DNA of 64,000 nt from Scyliorhinus canicula (GCF_902713615.1 NC_052153.1:191317394-191381393), one strand, 5' to 3'. Positions 20,760 to 34,410 are shown, counted from the stretch's first letter. Numbers and translations are program-made. Notes: generated from the letters alone by a model not told the origin.

Positions 20760-23700
20760 AAAGGCGTAGGTGAATGTTGGAGGAGGAGTTTCCCCCGGGA
20801 ATGGTATGTCTGCTCGTTTGCAAACCCAGCAGAAAACAGTGAGAGACCTGGCTAAAGGGTTGGAAGAAACCTATGCTGCAGCAGTTACTGTAAACATGCA
20901 GGTGGGAGAAGGGTTGATGCAAGCTGGAAGTCCCCAGATGGAGTTGATGGCTTTTATTGAGGTGAAATTCTAGCAGCAGAGGGAGGAAATGCGACAGGAT
21001 CGCTCGAAGGCCATGGAAGGAGCTGTGGCACTCTGGAAGAGTTCTCTGGAACGGGTGCAGAAGTGTTTGGAGGTGCAGGGGTCGCGGATTCGGGAGATCG
21101 AAGCAGTGATCTCAGACCACAGCGATCGTGTGGTGGCTCTGGGGGTGGAGGTGGGGCTCCGAGGGGGACCTCTGTAAAATGTTGAAGGCAGAGCCTGTGT
21201 GGCTGCCTGAAGGAGTGGAAGGTGTGAGTGCAATGAGGTACATCTCGAAGATGCTGATGGGCTGGTGGCAGTAGGGTTTCTAGATTAGGCCCCTGAAGTG
21301 GACCGAGCACAGAGGTCCCTGAGGCAGAAGCTTCGAGTTGGGAGCCGCCGCGGTATCGGGAGACTCCACAAATTTGTGGAGAAAGAGCAGATTTTGCGAT
21401 GGGCCAGAGAGAAGCATACCTGCGACTGGGAGGGGAATAAGGGCCGAATTTATCAGGACATTGGAGCCGGGTTGACAAAGCGGCAGGCAGGCTTCAATAA
21501 GCAGGGCCGGCTCAAGGCACCGGCAACTCGGGCAGTCGCCCGGGGCGCCATGTGCTGGGGGGCGCCAGAGGCTCGGGTCCCGCGCATGCGCAGTTGGGCC
21601 GGTACCAACCAGCGCATGCGCGGTGGCCGCCCTCCCCCAAGGTGCCCCCCCCCGGTCCGCCCCCCCTCGGGTCCGCCCCCCCCCTCGGCTCTGCCCCGCC
21701 CCCCCTCGGCCCCGCTCCGCCCCCCCCTCGGCCCCGCTCCGCCCCCCCCTCGGCCCCGCTCCGCCCCCCCCCCCTCGGCCCCGCTCCGCCACCCCCTCGG
21801 CCCCCCGCCTCGCCCCCCCCCCTCGGCCCCCCCTTGGCCCCGCCCCCCCACCCCTCGGCCCCGCCCCCCCCCCTCGGCCCCCCCCACCCCTCGGCCCCGC
21901 CCCCACCCCTCAGCCCCCACCCCCCCCACCCCTCGGCCCCGCCCCCCCAAGGGCGCCGAAGTTCAGCTTGCCGGGGCGCCAGCAACCCTAGGGCCGGCGC
22001 TGTCAATAAGGCCCAGGCGGTGATGGGCTCAGGTACTACCCGGCAAAATTATGGGTGACGTTTGGAGGCCGGGAGTATTATTTTGAGACCCCAGGAGCGG
22101 CCGAAGACTTCATAAACTGGGGGAGAACTGAGCGGACAATGCTTGGGAACCAGGGTGCTGCCACTTTGGAATGGTCGGGAGCATGTTTGAAGTGGGGGCA
22201 GGGATTGGGGGATTTCTGTCTTTTTTGGGGGGTGGTTTGCACTTTCTTGTTGGAATTGTAAGGGGTTATGGGAGTGAAAATGTTATGTGAGGAAAGATGT
22301 TCCCGTCCCCCCCCCCCCCTCCTGTTTTATGGGACTGTTTGTGTTTAACATTTGTTTGTTTTTGGAGAAGGCTACCTGGAGTTCAGGAGAAGTCTTTGTT
22401 TGGGTGGGGGAGGGAGAGGTGAACAGGGAGCCTTCCTCCTTGAGCTGAGGGGTGGGCGGGGAGAAGGGGAGGTCACTGGGAGGTGTATTTGGGCAGGGGC
22501 AGCCACGCTAGCAGGTGATGCTGGTGAACGGAAGTGAGGTGGTGGGGGGGGGTTAGGCCGAGAAGGGTGGCAGGGTTGGCGGACGAGAGGTTGCTGTGGC
22601 GTAGCAGGGTGAGCGACGACATGGTCAGGGGCGGAGAAAGGGGCCATCTGGGATGGGCTAGGTATAGGGTGGAATTAAGGGGGCAGGAGTTAAATGGTGA
22701 CAGACGGCAGAGGGGATTGGAGGCGTAAGCCTCCGGTAAGGCTGGTAACGTGGAACTTCCGGGGACTGAATGGACCGGTTAAAAGGTCGCGGGGTGGTCT
22801 TTCTGCAGGATAGGCACCTCCATGTGAAGGACCAAGTTAGGTTAAGGAAGGGGTGGGTCGGGCAGGTTTTTCACTCAGAGTTTGATTCGATATCGAGGGG
22901 AGTGGCAAAGGAGGGGAGGGATCTGGGTGGGAGATATGTGATTGTGAGTGGGCTATTGGAAGGGGCACCTGTAGTGTTGGTAAATGTGTATGCCTCAAAT
23001 TGGGATGGTGTGGGTTTTATGAGGGGGTTGTTGGCAGCGAACCCGGATTTAGCCACATACCAGTTGATCATGGGAGGAGATTTTAACTGTGTCCTGGAGC
23101 CGAGGGTGGGTAGGTCGAGCCCCAGGTCGATGGGTAGGGTACGAACGGCAAGAGAGCTGGGGGGGTTTATGGAGAGGATGGGTATGGTGGATCCATGGCG
23201 CTTTTCTGAAAGTGGGAAGGGAGCATTCCTTCCTTTCACACGTCTCTTAGATTCGGTTTAGATCGGGACGGGAGCAGAGGCCAGAGTGGGGGTTTGACTC
23301 GGGGTTGTTGGCGGATGGAGGTTTTTGTGATAAGGTGCGGGTGGAGTAGAATCAGAATGGGGAGGTGTTGGCGGCCATTTTGTAGGAAGCACTGAAGGCA
23401 GCGGTCCGGGGGGGGGGAAATTGTTTCGTTTATGACTCGTGCGGATAGGGAAAGGAGGGCGGAACATGACCTTCTAGTGAGCGAGATAGTGGAGGTGGAC
23501 AGGGAATATTCGAGGGTGCCCACCGTGGAGGGATTGGCGAGGAGGAAAAAGTTGTGGGGGCAGTTTGACAGGCTGACAACGCGGAGGGCAGTAGGCCAAC
23601 TGCGTAGGGACAAGAGGGGTGCAATACGAGTATGGGGAGAAGGCGAGCCGCATGCTGGCGCACCAGCTACGGAGGCAGGCTGCGTCCAGGGAAATATTGA

Positions 23701-26410
23701 AGATACGGACTGGGGCTGGGGATGTGGTGCCAGAGCCAGGGAAGGTACATGGCGCATTCAGGGAGTACTACCAGGGACAGTACGAGGCAGACCTGGGGGA
23801 GAGGAGGGGGATATGGGGCGGTTTCTGGGCGAGCTGGAATTTCCCCAGGTGGAGGAAGCGCTGGAGGAGCCCCTGGGGTTCAGGCAGGTGCTGAATAGTA
23901 TCAGGGGTATGAAGCCGGGGAAGGCCCCTGGGCCGGATGGGTACCCGGCAGAATTTTATAAGGAATTTGCGACGGACCTGGCACCACATCTGTTTGGGGG
24001 CGTTTAATGAAGCACTGGAGAAGGGGGAGTTGCCAAAGACAATGAAGCAGGTAGTAATCACACTAATCCCGGGGGAATGTGGGCCAGATCACTATTGAAC
24101 ACGGATGTGAAGGTATTGGCTAAGTTGTTGGCGGGGTGGGTGGAGGATTGTGTCCCAGGGGTGGTTGCAGAAGATCAAACAGGCTTCGTAAAGGGCAGGC
24201 AGCTCACAGTAATATAAGACGACTGTTAAATGTGGTGATGAATCCGTCGGGGGCTGTGGTACCGGAGGTGGTGGTGTCCATGGACGCGGAGAAGGTATTT
24301 GATCGGGTGGAGTGGTGGTACAGTTCGAAGTTTTGGGAAGGTTTGGGTTTGGGCTGAGATTTGTGGCATAGGTGTGGTTGCTGTGTGTGGCACCAAGAAC
24401 GAGGGTGAGGACGAATGATATGAGCTCACAAAGCTTTGACTTACACAGGGGTATGAGGCAGGGGTGCCCGCTGTCGCCGCTGCTGTTTGCGCTGCCCATA
24501 GAGCCATTGGCGATGGCTCTCAGGGGGTCGGCGGAGTGGCGGGGGATTATGAAGGGATAGAGGGAGCATCGGGCGTCGCTCTGTGCCGATGACCTCCTGC
24601 TATATGTTTGGATCCGTTGGAGAGTATGGGAAGGATTATGAGCCTGTTGGGGAGGTTTGGAGGTTTGGGGTACAAGCTAAATGTCGGGAAAAGCGGTGAC
24701 TGAGCTGGGGGAGGGGCCAAATTGGGGGGCGTTGCCATTTACAGTAGCGAGGGATAGGTTTAGGTAGTTGGGGATTTAGGTAGTGAGGGAATGGACGGGG
24801 CTCCATAAATGGAACTTAACGAAGCTGGTGGAGGACGCCAGGGAGGATCTTAGGAGGTGGGATACACGGCACTTAACGCTGGCGGGGAGGGTCCAAGTGA
24901 TAAAAATGAATAGTCTGCCGAGGTTCTTGTTTATCTTTCAGGCTCTCCCGATCTTTATACTCAAGGCCTTTTTTTGGAAAGTGAACATGATCATTTCTGA
25001 CTTTGTACGGGCGGGGAAGGTGCCTCGGGTGAGGGGGACCCAGCAGGGGGGATGGCTATGCTGAACTTGCTTCATTATTATTGGGCGGCAAATGTGGACA
25101 AGGTGCGGCAGTGGTGGGAAGGAGAAGGGGTAGAGTGGGTTAGGATGGAGGAGGAATCTTGTAAGGGGTCTAGTTTGAGGGCTATGGTGACGGCAGCATT
25201 GCCAATGGCTCCGAGTAGGTATTCAGGGAGCCCAGTGGTGCAGGCCACGGTGAAGATATGGAATCAGCTGAGGAGGCATTTTAGGCTGGAAGGGATGTCG
25301 GTGCTCAGGCCGCTGTGCGTGAATCATGAGTTTGAGCCGGGGTGGGGCGGGGTGGGGGATGGATAGTGTGTACAGGAGGTGGAGGGAAGTGGGGCTGGTC
25401 AAGGTGAGGGATCTGTATTTGGATTTGCCAGTCTGGAGGAGCTACGGGAGAGGGTAGAGCTCCCGAGGGGGAGTGAGTTCAGGTATCTGCAGGTTAGGGA
25501 CTTTGTGCAAAGGGTCTGGAGGGGGTTCCCTAGGTTGCCAGGATACACCCTGCTGGAACGACTGCTGCTCCCGGATGTGGAAGGGGAGGGAAGAATTGGG
25601 GATATATATAAATGGCTGGGAGAGCAGGGAGGTGAGCAGGTGGTGAAGAGCAAGAAGAAATGGGAAGCGGAGTTGGGAGAGGAGATCAATTGGGGAATAT
25701 GGAGTGAGGCACTGCGTAGGGTAAACGGGACCTCCTCTTGTGCAAGGATGAGCCTGATACAGTTTAAGGTGGTGCACAGGGTGCATATGACTAGGGCGAG
25801 AAGGAGTGGGTTCTTTCAGGGGGCAGCAGATGAATGTGAGAGGTGTGGGCTGGGGGCCAGCGAATCATGCGCTTATGTTTTGGAATTGCAAAAAATTGGG
25901 AAGATTCTGGGCGGGATCGTTCGCGGTCTTAGCCAGGATAGTGGAGGAGGGGGTGGACCCGGACCCTTTGGTGGTGATATTTGGGGTTTCAGAGAAGCCG
26001 GAGCTCATGGAGAGGAGGAAGGCCGATGTTGTGACCTTCGCCTCTCTGATTGCACAGCGGCAAATTTTGCTGGAGTGGCGCTCTGCATCGCCACCGGGGG
26101 TAGCAGCATGGTTGACTGACCTGTACGACTTCCTGCGGTTGGAGGAGATAAAGGATGAGTTAAGGAGCTCAGCAGGGGGGGGGTTTGAGAAAAGGTGGGG
26201 GATGTTTGTGACCGTGTTTGAGGAGCTGATCGTTGCGGGGGTTAGGGGGGTGTGCGGGGAGGGGGGGGTGTGCGGGGAGGGGGGGTGGGCGGTGGAAAGG
26301 GTAACATTTTGTAGACTATATAGTTGATTGCTGGGAAGTATGTTTCCCGGGTGTTCGTGTGTTGTAACCTGTTTTGATACATGTTGGTAATAAAATATAT
26401 TTTTTAAAAA
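20760..26410 (+). mobile_element. Degraded near-full-length L1-clade LINE, copy 3 (different subfamily)
   Basis: Fragmented ORF1, endonuclease (TWNFRGLN, GGDFN), RT (QGCPLSP), SCARMSLIQFK and CCHC region; AATAAA and A-tail at 26388-26410. Confidence 0.85.
21502..22002. mobile_element. Non-autonomous hAT element (MITE) with C-rich core
   Basis: 8-bp TSD TCAATAAG (21494-21501 / 22003-22010); imperfect TIRs CAGGGCCGGCTC / CAGCGCCGGCCC. Confidence 0.88.
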
Positions 26411-27390
26411 GCAGCGCCACAGGAAACTGCACAAACCTCAGGGCGGCCAAGGTGAGTAGCCAGCAACCCCCGTCCCAAATACCCGTAACCCCCCTCTCTC
26501 TCCCCCCTACCCCTGGAGGGTGACCAGACTCCACCCTCACCACATGACAGACCCCAGACTGGCCGGATGCCCTGGCCACAAAGGACACCAGCTACCCACC
26601 CCCTGGGCTGCATGCGTCCGTCTGCCGAACACTGTACGCTTTCTGTATCCCCGTTATCCCCCCCCCCCCCCCCCACCCCCAGTAGAAGGCGGTGAACAAC
26701 CGCCGGGAGAAGGAAAGGACCCTGGAGGGGGGGGGGGGGGCAGACCTGCGGCCCCTCACTGCAGCGGAGCGCCAGGCTCTGGCCTGGTTGATGGGCCCAG
26801 GATCAGGACGGTCACCGAGGCAGTGATGGCATCGGGCGAGTACGTGAGACCCTGAGTTGCAGTTCCCCATGGAACGTGTGTCACCACCGCTGCCCCCACC
26901 ACCCCCCATCAACAGACCACCCCCACACATCCCCGCTTCACTCCCACATCCCACCTCCACCACCTCTATCCCAAAGCCCCACTCAGCACCATGCCTCCTC
27001 CACCACCCCCACCAACCCCTCCCGTCCCGTGACAGGGCTGCCGTGTACCAGAGCCACCTGGACATTGCAGCAGCGCTCAGTCGCGGTGGGTCATGGTTGA
27101 GGGCTTCGGCGGCATTGCCCTGCTGCTGGCTGGCCTCAGCCAGGCACCAAGAGGTGGCACAGTCACTGACTGATGTGGCACAGACCCAGAGAGAGGTGGT
27201 CCACTGCGCTGTGCTCCATGGCCACGAGCATTGAGACTCTGGTTGAGATGAGAGCGGGCCTCCAGGACTGGCAGCCAGGTGGCAGGATTGCCTCAGGGGT
27301 TAGCTCCGCTTGCACCCCCCTCCCAAGGAGTAGCCCAGGCCCCCGAGGGAGTAGGTGGTGATGGGGCCCGTGCCGGTGACCCTGCAGGGG
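26411..27390 (+). pseudogene. Possible remnant of a Harbinger-associated Myb/SANT gene
   Basis: Pieces translate as RKLHNLRAAK|GTGAGT ... CAG|..KAVNNRREKERT.GG.DLRPLTAAE, resembling the C-terminal half of MSANTD-like proteins; frameshifted, judged by eye. Confidence 0.4.
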
Positions 27391-27712
27391 AGGTGCCTGC
27401 AGCATAGTGGTTAGCACAGTGGTTATTCACAGCTCCAGGTTCAATTCCCGGCTTGGGTCACCGTCTGTGCGGAGTCTGCACGTTCTTCCCGTATCTGTGT
27501 GGGTTTCCTCCGGGTGCTCCGGTTTCCTCCCACAGTCCAAAGATGTCCAGGTTAGGTGGATTGGCCATGATAAATTGCCCTTAGTGTCCAAAAAGGTTAG
27601 GAGGGGTTACGGGGATAGGGTGGAGGAGTGGGGCTCAAGTAGGCTGCTCTTTCCAAGGGCTGGTGCAGACTCGATGGGCTGAGTGGCCTCTTTCTGCACT
27701 GTAAATTCTATG
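27391..27712 (+). mobile_element. HE1-type V-SINE
   Basis: Matches the other SINE copies. Confidence 0.85.
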
Positions 27713-28660
27713 ATACACCACAGAGGGGATGTTGGGGGTGGGCTTGGGCCAGGGTCTCCAGCTTGCCACTCTGGTGCATCACCCCCATCTCTCTATACCG
27801 CACCCCCCCGCTCCCCTTGCCTTCCCCACCACCATCCGCATCTCCACCATCCCAAGGGTTGGGTGGGACCGTGTGATGGAACGGCCAGCTTGCAGGCAAG
27901 AATAACCCAGGGGGACGGTGGAAAGGGCTACCGGGGCAGGAGCCATTGTCAAACGGCGTGGAGCACCAGAGCCCGTCGCAGAGCGGGTTGTCATCGTTCT
28001 CCGTCCCGTTGATCATACCCGCTGTTCCTGCCAACCCAGGGCCCGCACCCCATAGTGTGGCAGGTCGGGATCACGGAGGGTGTTGCAAGGGAGGGTGGGA
28101 GGTGGCACAGGGAGGGTGGCCATGGGAGGGGGTGATCGGCTGTGGGAGGGGCGGGATGGCCGTGTCGCTGGCACAGGGTGCTCAGGTCAGTGCAATCCAG
28201 CTCCTCTACCACCAGGTGGAGCTTTTCTCTCCCTTTGCAAATACTGCGGCTTCCTTCCTGAATAAACGCAGTTTTCACCCCCTTATGCTCTACACAGGAA
28301 ACGTGGCTGCACTTTAAGGAATGTTCTCAGTTTAAGCTTCAATTTGAGCCCTTTCCAGCCCCTGAGACAGAGTTAGAATGTTATAGAACTGCGGGTAATG
28401 GCTTGCACATTCTCGTTCTAGAGGTCTCTTGCACAGGCCTTGCTTCTTCCTGTGTCTTTTAAACCTGAGAGCCTCCACAGGCCAGACTGGCCGCTTCTAA
28501 AATCGCCAGGCAGGGTGAGCAGGTAAAGAGAGTGCCTTGCAGCTGCGACCTGGCTGAATCCTTTTCAAAACAATCTTGTTAAGTCCAATGGCGGACTGGC
28601 CAGGGTGTCAGCTTGCCCGATGGCAAGTGGGCCCCTGATGAAGTGGGCCCCCTATGTCAA

Positions 28661-29283
28661 ATAAAAATGCAATAAAGAAACAAACACAGACAACTGTTTT
28701 AGTAATAAAAAGGAATAAGAAAAAAAAGAGAACAGGACACAAATAAGCAGTGCATGAAAAGGAACGAAGCAGGGGAGGTAGTGGAAGGATGTGGAATAGG
28801 GGGGGCCGGGTCGGGCATAATTAAGGAAATTCCATGTTTTCAGCAAGAGTGTGTGAATTTAAAGATAAAGTTACAATTCGTGATTTGAGATGGTCGGCAA
28901 CTTCAAAGGATATCAAGCAGTAGTCTTGGTTCAGCCGGTACATCGGTGAATCTCTGAAGGGCCCTTAAAAATTATAATTAATTAGATAAATAAATCTCCA
29001 ACTTCTTTCCTGAGATTTGTATTCTAACTTAATAAAATATAATTGTTTTTAAGAAGAGCAACAACCAAATAAAAATGCAATAAAGAAACAAACAAATAAT
29101 CACTCAGTGTATGAAGGAACGAAGCAGTGTTAAACGGATGTGAAAAGGAGTGAGGGGGGGAGGGGTTCACCCGGGTCGGACATAGTTGGAAATCCACGTT
29201 TTCAGCAAGAGTGTGTGAATTTAAAGATAAAGTTACAGTTCGTGATTTGAGATGGTCGGCAACTTGAAAGGATATCAAGCAGT
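28661..29283. repeat. Imperfect direct duplication in the hAT subterminal region (~28661-28920 and ~29069-29283)
   Basis: Shared ATAAAAATGCAATAAAGAAACAAAC and TTTTCAGCAAGAGTGTGTGAATTTAAAGATAAAGTTACA..GGATATCAAGCAGTA blocks. Confidence 0.8.
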
Positions 29284-30164
29284 ACATAGGGTCGTAAGGT
29301 CACCGAAAAGGAGAAGCGGTACCTTTGACCGTGAATCATGAGGTCAAAGATATTGAAGTGATAAGCCATGATCGGTAAACTCAAAGGGTTGCGACTTGTA
29401 ACACTACACTGGTATCAAACTGAACATGTTAACTTTGGTCATGGGACCATTCTTAATGTCTTACTATAGTCGGACCAAACTTCTAAGTTTCAACAGTTGT
29501 CTCAGTTGCTTGCTGGTGTGAACACTGGACAGTGGATTGTCTTCTCTTCTGAAGCTGCATAGGCCACAGTAGTATTGACTAATGAACATAGCCTATTGAA
29601 GTGTAAGTAAGTTATTTTATATTTTTTTTACCAAGTAGGGGTTTATCTGGTGTTCCTTCAAGTTATTCTTGCAATCATCAATATTCATTTTTCCCAATGT
29701 GGGCTATTTTGAATAAAGTTTTTATTTCAGGAATATTACCCCTACCAGCATGGAAAAGAAAAAGCATAAATCTGGGTCACTAAAACGCAAAGAACAAAAA
29801 GAAGCAGAAAGGAAGGAATCAGCCAAGCGATGCAGGCCTATTACAGAGTTTATAATACCACAAGCACAATCCACATCAATATCCAGTTCTGCATCAAATA
29901 ATCAAGAAGCAAGAAACAATGCTCATGGTGATGATGCAATGACATGCGAGTTACAAGAACAGAGAAGAGCTACTTTGAATGTGGAGACAAATACAAGTGC
30001 ATCCATTACTGATCAACCCAGGCCCAATATTTCTTCTGGCTTCCTTGTTCCGGTATCTGTACTGCCTATAGTTGCAACATCTGAACACATAGCTTCAACT
30101 AGTGACAGGGAATCAGATATTCCTTCAAGCATAAATGACTTGGTTTCTGAAGCACATCCTGTAA

Positions 30165-30357
30165 ATGGAGTCTGCACATCCTCCCCATGACTGCGTGGGT
30201 TTCCTCCGGGTACTCCGGTTTCCTCCCACAGTCCAAAGATGTGCAGGTTGTGTGGATTGGCCATGAAAAATTGTCCAAAATTCTATGAATAACCTGGGAC
30301 AAAAGTTCGGCGCAACATCGTGGGCTGAAGGGCCTGTTCTGTGCTATATTTCTCTAT
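30165..30357 (+). mobile_element. Partial HE1-type SINE inside the hAT transposase
   Basis: SINE core and CR1-like tail interrupt the transposase frame. Confidence 0.75.
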
Positions 30358-30878
30358 CTACGCAAGAAAATGAAAGATCAATTACTGGAATCTTCCAATA
30401 TCCATCACGAGCAAAGCTAAAACAGTTTTTTGCTGAACATCCACTTCAGCCACTTGATGATCTGCCATTTGATGCTCGTTTGTATGAGAGGAAAATTATG
30501 ACTGACTCAGTCCCAAGAAAATGGCTAACACATAACAAAGAAAATAGATGCTTATATTGTTCATACTGCTTAGCCTTTGAGTTTCCCAACACTTGTAATC
30601 CATGACCCTTTGTACGTGGCTTTAGTGACTACAGGCGTATTAGCCAGAGCTTGACTTTACATGAATCGACAACAACACATGTCAGAAATGCTCAGCAATA
30701 TATCAGTGTGATTAATGATGGCACCTTAGATATTTTTTTTACAGCATCGCTAATTAAAAGGATAGAAGTATTGAAGCAGAGAAGTATTGTCATGAGGATT
30801 ATAGACATCATAAAGATGTTAGGCAAGCAAGCACTTCCTTTTCGAGGTCACAGAAATGAATCAGCCTACACTCTAGAT

Positions 30879-31221
30879 CAGGGGTGGGCAAACTTTTCCG
30901 TGCAAGGGCCACATTCAGAAATTCACAATTTTAAAGGGCTGCATAGTATATTAATTAATAGTTCCGGTTGTAACCAATTAGCGTGCGGCATATACCTCAG
31001 CGCTTCCCCCGGCGGCATCCTGCCTTTAGCCCTCTTTTTCTCTACTTTTCAAAAATGGCGCTTCACCCGGTTATGATTCTGGGCGCCTCATATAGAACAT
31101 AGAACATAGAACAGTACAGCACAGTACAGGCCCTTCGGCCCTCGATGTTGTGCCGAGCAATGATCACCCTACTCAAGTCAACGTATCCACCCTATACCAG
31201 TAACCCAACAGCCCACCCCTG
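30879..31221. mobile_element. hAT-Charlie-type MITE nested in the hAT transposase, carrying a CR1/SINE 3' tail (31090-31210, minus)
   Basis: Perfect TIR CAGGGGTGGG/CCCACCCCTG; 8-bp TSD CTCTAGAT (30871-30878 / 31222-31229) fits the Charlie NTCTAGAN preference. Confidence 0.9.
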
Positions 31222-33489
31222 CTCTAGATAATGAGGTTCTGAACATGGCAATTTTTTAGCTACAGTGCAGTTGATGGCAAAATATGACCCAATTATGGCA
31301 GCTCACATTTCTGCAGTGCAAAACAAGTCTAAACAAAGAATCAAATGATTAGAGCAACAAGGAAAGGCTCAAAGTAAAGGCCGTGGTGGACTTATATACC
31401 TGAGTAAAACAACTATAAACATGTTAATCAAAATTATGAAGAATATGATACAAGAAAGAATTAGTCATGAAGTTTCTCAAGCAAAATATTATTCTATTCA
31501 GTTTCATTCAACACAAGATAATTCATCCGTCGATCAGGTTAGCATTATTATTCGGTATGTGCTTAAAGGTATTATCTGTGAGCGACTACTTTCAGTTGTG
31601 CCAAGTAATGGTGGTACAGGACAGGGACTTTTTGATCTATTGATTGAAACATTACAGCATCTTAAAATTGACCCCCAAAAGTGTTTATCTGATAGCACAG
31701 ATGGCGCTGCAAGCTACCAAGGCCAGTATGATGGTTTACAAAGTAAAATTGCTGATGTGGCTGATCAACATGTTCATATATGGTGCTATGCCCATGTCTT
31801 GAATTTGGTGATAACTGAAACCACAAAATGTTGTGTGCCTGCAGTTTCTTTTTTCAATTTGTTCCAGAATATAGCAACTTTTGTGAAAGCATCATACAAG
31901 AGAATGGCTGTATGGATAGAAGTTGTTGGAAAACATCTAGGACAAGAAAAAATGAAATGATTAAAGCTAATTGGTGAGACCAGATGGTCAGGAAAATCCA
32001 ATGCAGCAACAATTATATTTGGATGTTTTGATGATGCCGCTGCCAGTACTTTCGTAAATCTATTGACATGCTTATCAATGATACAAGATTCAGAAAAGTT
32101 TGATGCAAAAACAAAACATGAAGCAAATGTTTTACTTCAAAGTCTTCTAAAGTTTGAAACCATATTGACAGCATTTACTTACTTGTATATATTTGAAACT
32201 ACAACCCCGTTATCAAGTTATCTACAGACAAGTGGTTTAGATATGTTTACTGCATGGAGTTTGTTAGATTCAGCTACAACAAAGTTGAAGGAACAGACAA
32301 GAACATTTGATAACGTTCACAGCAAGGCTTTGGAATTTGTAAATAAATGTAATGACAGGATTTCACAGATGAACATGGATGAAAATCAAACACTGGAAAT
32401 TGATGCGTTGGAAACAGCATTGCCAGTTAAGAGGCAGAGGAAGAAGAAAAGAATGGCAGATGAGCTTATTGATGATGAAAGAAATTCCTCAGATTCTCTA
32501 GCTGATTTTCGAGTAAATGTGTTTAACCTAATAATGGATCGCATTGTCCAGTCATTAGAATCACACTTTGTACAACACAAACAGTTGTATAAAGATTTGT
32601 CCTGCTTGGACCCAGTAAAGTTTAAAACTATTGCAGAGAAGGGCCTTGAAGATGAAGCATTGGAAGGTATTATTAAGCTGTTTCCACAAATCAGCAAAGA
32701 TCAAGTAATATTGGAATTGTTTTCTTTTGCTTCAAACTTTGATGTATTAAAGCTATTGCTTAATGATGGTGAGAATATGGATTCCAGTTGCAACAATTGT
32801 AAAATTTGAAGCACTTGCCCATCGTGTGTACTACAACTTCTGGCATCCAACAGACTTCATGACAAGGCATATGATAACCTTTATGAACTTTGTAAAGTCA
32901 TCTGCACACCATCAGTTACTCAAGTCCAATGTGAGAGGACATTTTCAAAGCTAAAGATCATAAAGACAAGGTTAAGAAATTTGCTGTCTGAGGAGAATTT
33001 GGAATTATACATGTTGCTATTCATTGAAAAGGAATTGTTAGATGAATTGGATGTAGAAGCAATTATTGGCAGATTCGCACAATCATCTAGCGAACACAAA
33101 CGATTGCTCTTAATATAGTGGACTGCATGCAATGCTCTATTGTGCTTTTGAACTATCTGTTAATGTGTAAATTGTGCAGTAAACTATTTAAAAATATCAA
33201 CCAATTACTTAAAATTTTAAAAAATAAATACAAAGTTCAATTATAACATTCTGTATTTACATTTGGTATCTACTGCCAGTAATATGTACAGTACATGTAC
33301 ACTGTAATTACTAAGAAATACACATTTGTTCCACAAAAATTTTAATTGTACCCTTTTTTCCATATGTATTTTAAAAATTGTTTATTTATTCGTTATGAAA
33401 ATTAAATGATAGCATTGTAGTTGTGGGTGGGCCCCTTTGTCTCCTGGCAACCAATATTTTTAGACCCAGTCTGCCACTGCCTTCAGCTG

Positions 33490-34410
33490 TATCAGCCCCA
33501 ACCTTGCGCAGGAAGTGGAGGCGTTTACCCTCCGGACCACCTCACACCAGAACCCCCCTTACATATCCTCTCCCAACCTTTGGTTGTCCAAAGATGTGCA
33601 GGTTAGGTGGATTGGCCATGATAAATTGCCCTTAGTGACCAAAAAGGTTAGGTGGGGTTATTGGGTTACAGGGATTGGGTGGAAGTGAGGGCTTAAGTGG
33701 GTCGGTGCAGACTCGATGGGCCAAATGGCTCCTTCTGCACTGTATGTTCTATGGAACTCTGCCTCCCACTTTGCCTTGATCCCAAAATAGCCTCGTTAAC
33801 TGCCGACACTACCCCTTTCTCCAGTCCCCCTGTCATCAGAACCTCCTCCAGCAACTTGTAAGCCGGCTCTACTGGGAAGCTCTATATCTCCTTTCTGGCA
33901 AAGTCTCGAACTCGCATGTATCTAAACTTTCTCCCTGCCCCAGCCCATACTTCGCTCCCAGCTCCTTCAATCCCGCAAAGCGATCCCCAAGAAACAAATC
34001 TTTTAGTGTCCTAATTCCTTTCTCCTCCATCTCCGAAAATTCCCATCCCACCTCCCTGGCTCAAATCTGAGGTTCCCCCGAATCGGCATTTCTCTTGACC
34101 CCGCCCCCAACCCGAAGTGCTGGCAAAACTGCCTCCAAATTCTCAATGAAGCTATTATTACCGGAATCCCTGAGTATTTCCCCGGGGCCCTCGGGAGCGG
34201 CGCTGTCGCGAGCGCCTTCAATCCCGACCCCCTGCACAAACTCTCCTCCATTCTGACCCATTGGGAGTCAACCCCTCTGACCCAGCTCCGCACCTTCTCC
34301 ACATTCGCTGCCCAGTAATAATACATCAGGTTCGGAAGACCCAAACCCCCTGCCCGCCTTCCTCTCTGTAGCAGCACCTTTCTAACTCTGGTCACCTTCC
34401 CCCCCCCATA
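33490..34410 (-). mobile_element. L1 ORF2 fragment, with a partial SINE at 33578-33752 (+)
   Basis: GGLGLPNLMYYYWAAN..IRTLKDLF motifs. Confidence 0.75.

Larger units (their letters stand above)
28586..33479 (+). mobile_element. Defective hAT DNA transposon (ZMYM1/THAP12-like, Tip100-type transposase)
   Basis: Imperfect TIRs CAATGGCGGACTGGC / CAGTGGCAGACTGGG. Transposase remnants KWL..LYCSYC, IIRYV, DGA, CYAHVLNL, ETRW, CERTFSKLKIIKTRLRN with stops and frameshifts. No TSD seen. Confidence 0.85.

Noticed and set aside
21280-22058. Collagen-, extensin- or RGG-like ORFs
   Set aside because: They lie in the C-rich core of a TSD-flanked hAT MITE.
29750-33120. ZMYM1/THAP12-like host gene
   Set aside because: It has TIRs, stops, frameshifts, nested insertions and His at the first catalytic Asp position, so it is a dead transposase.
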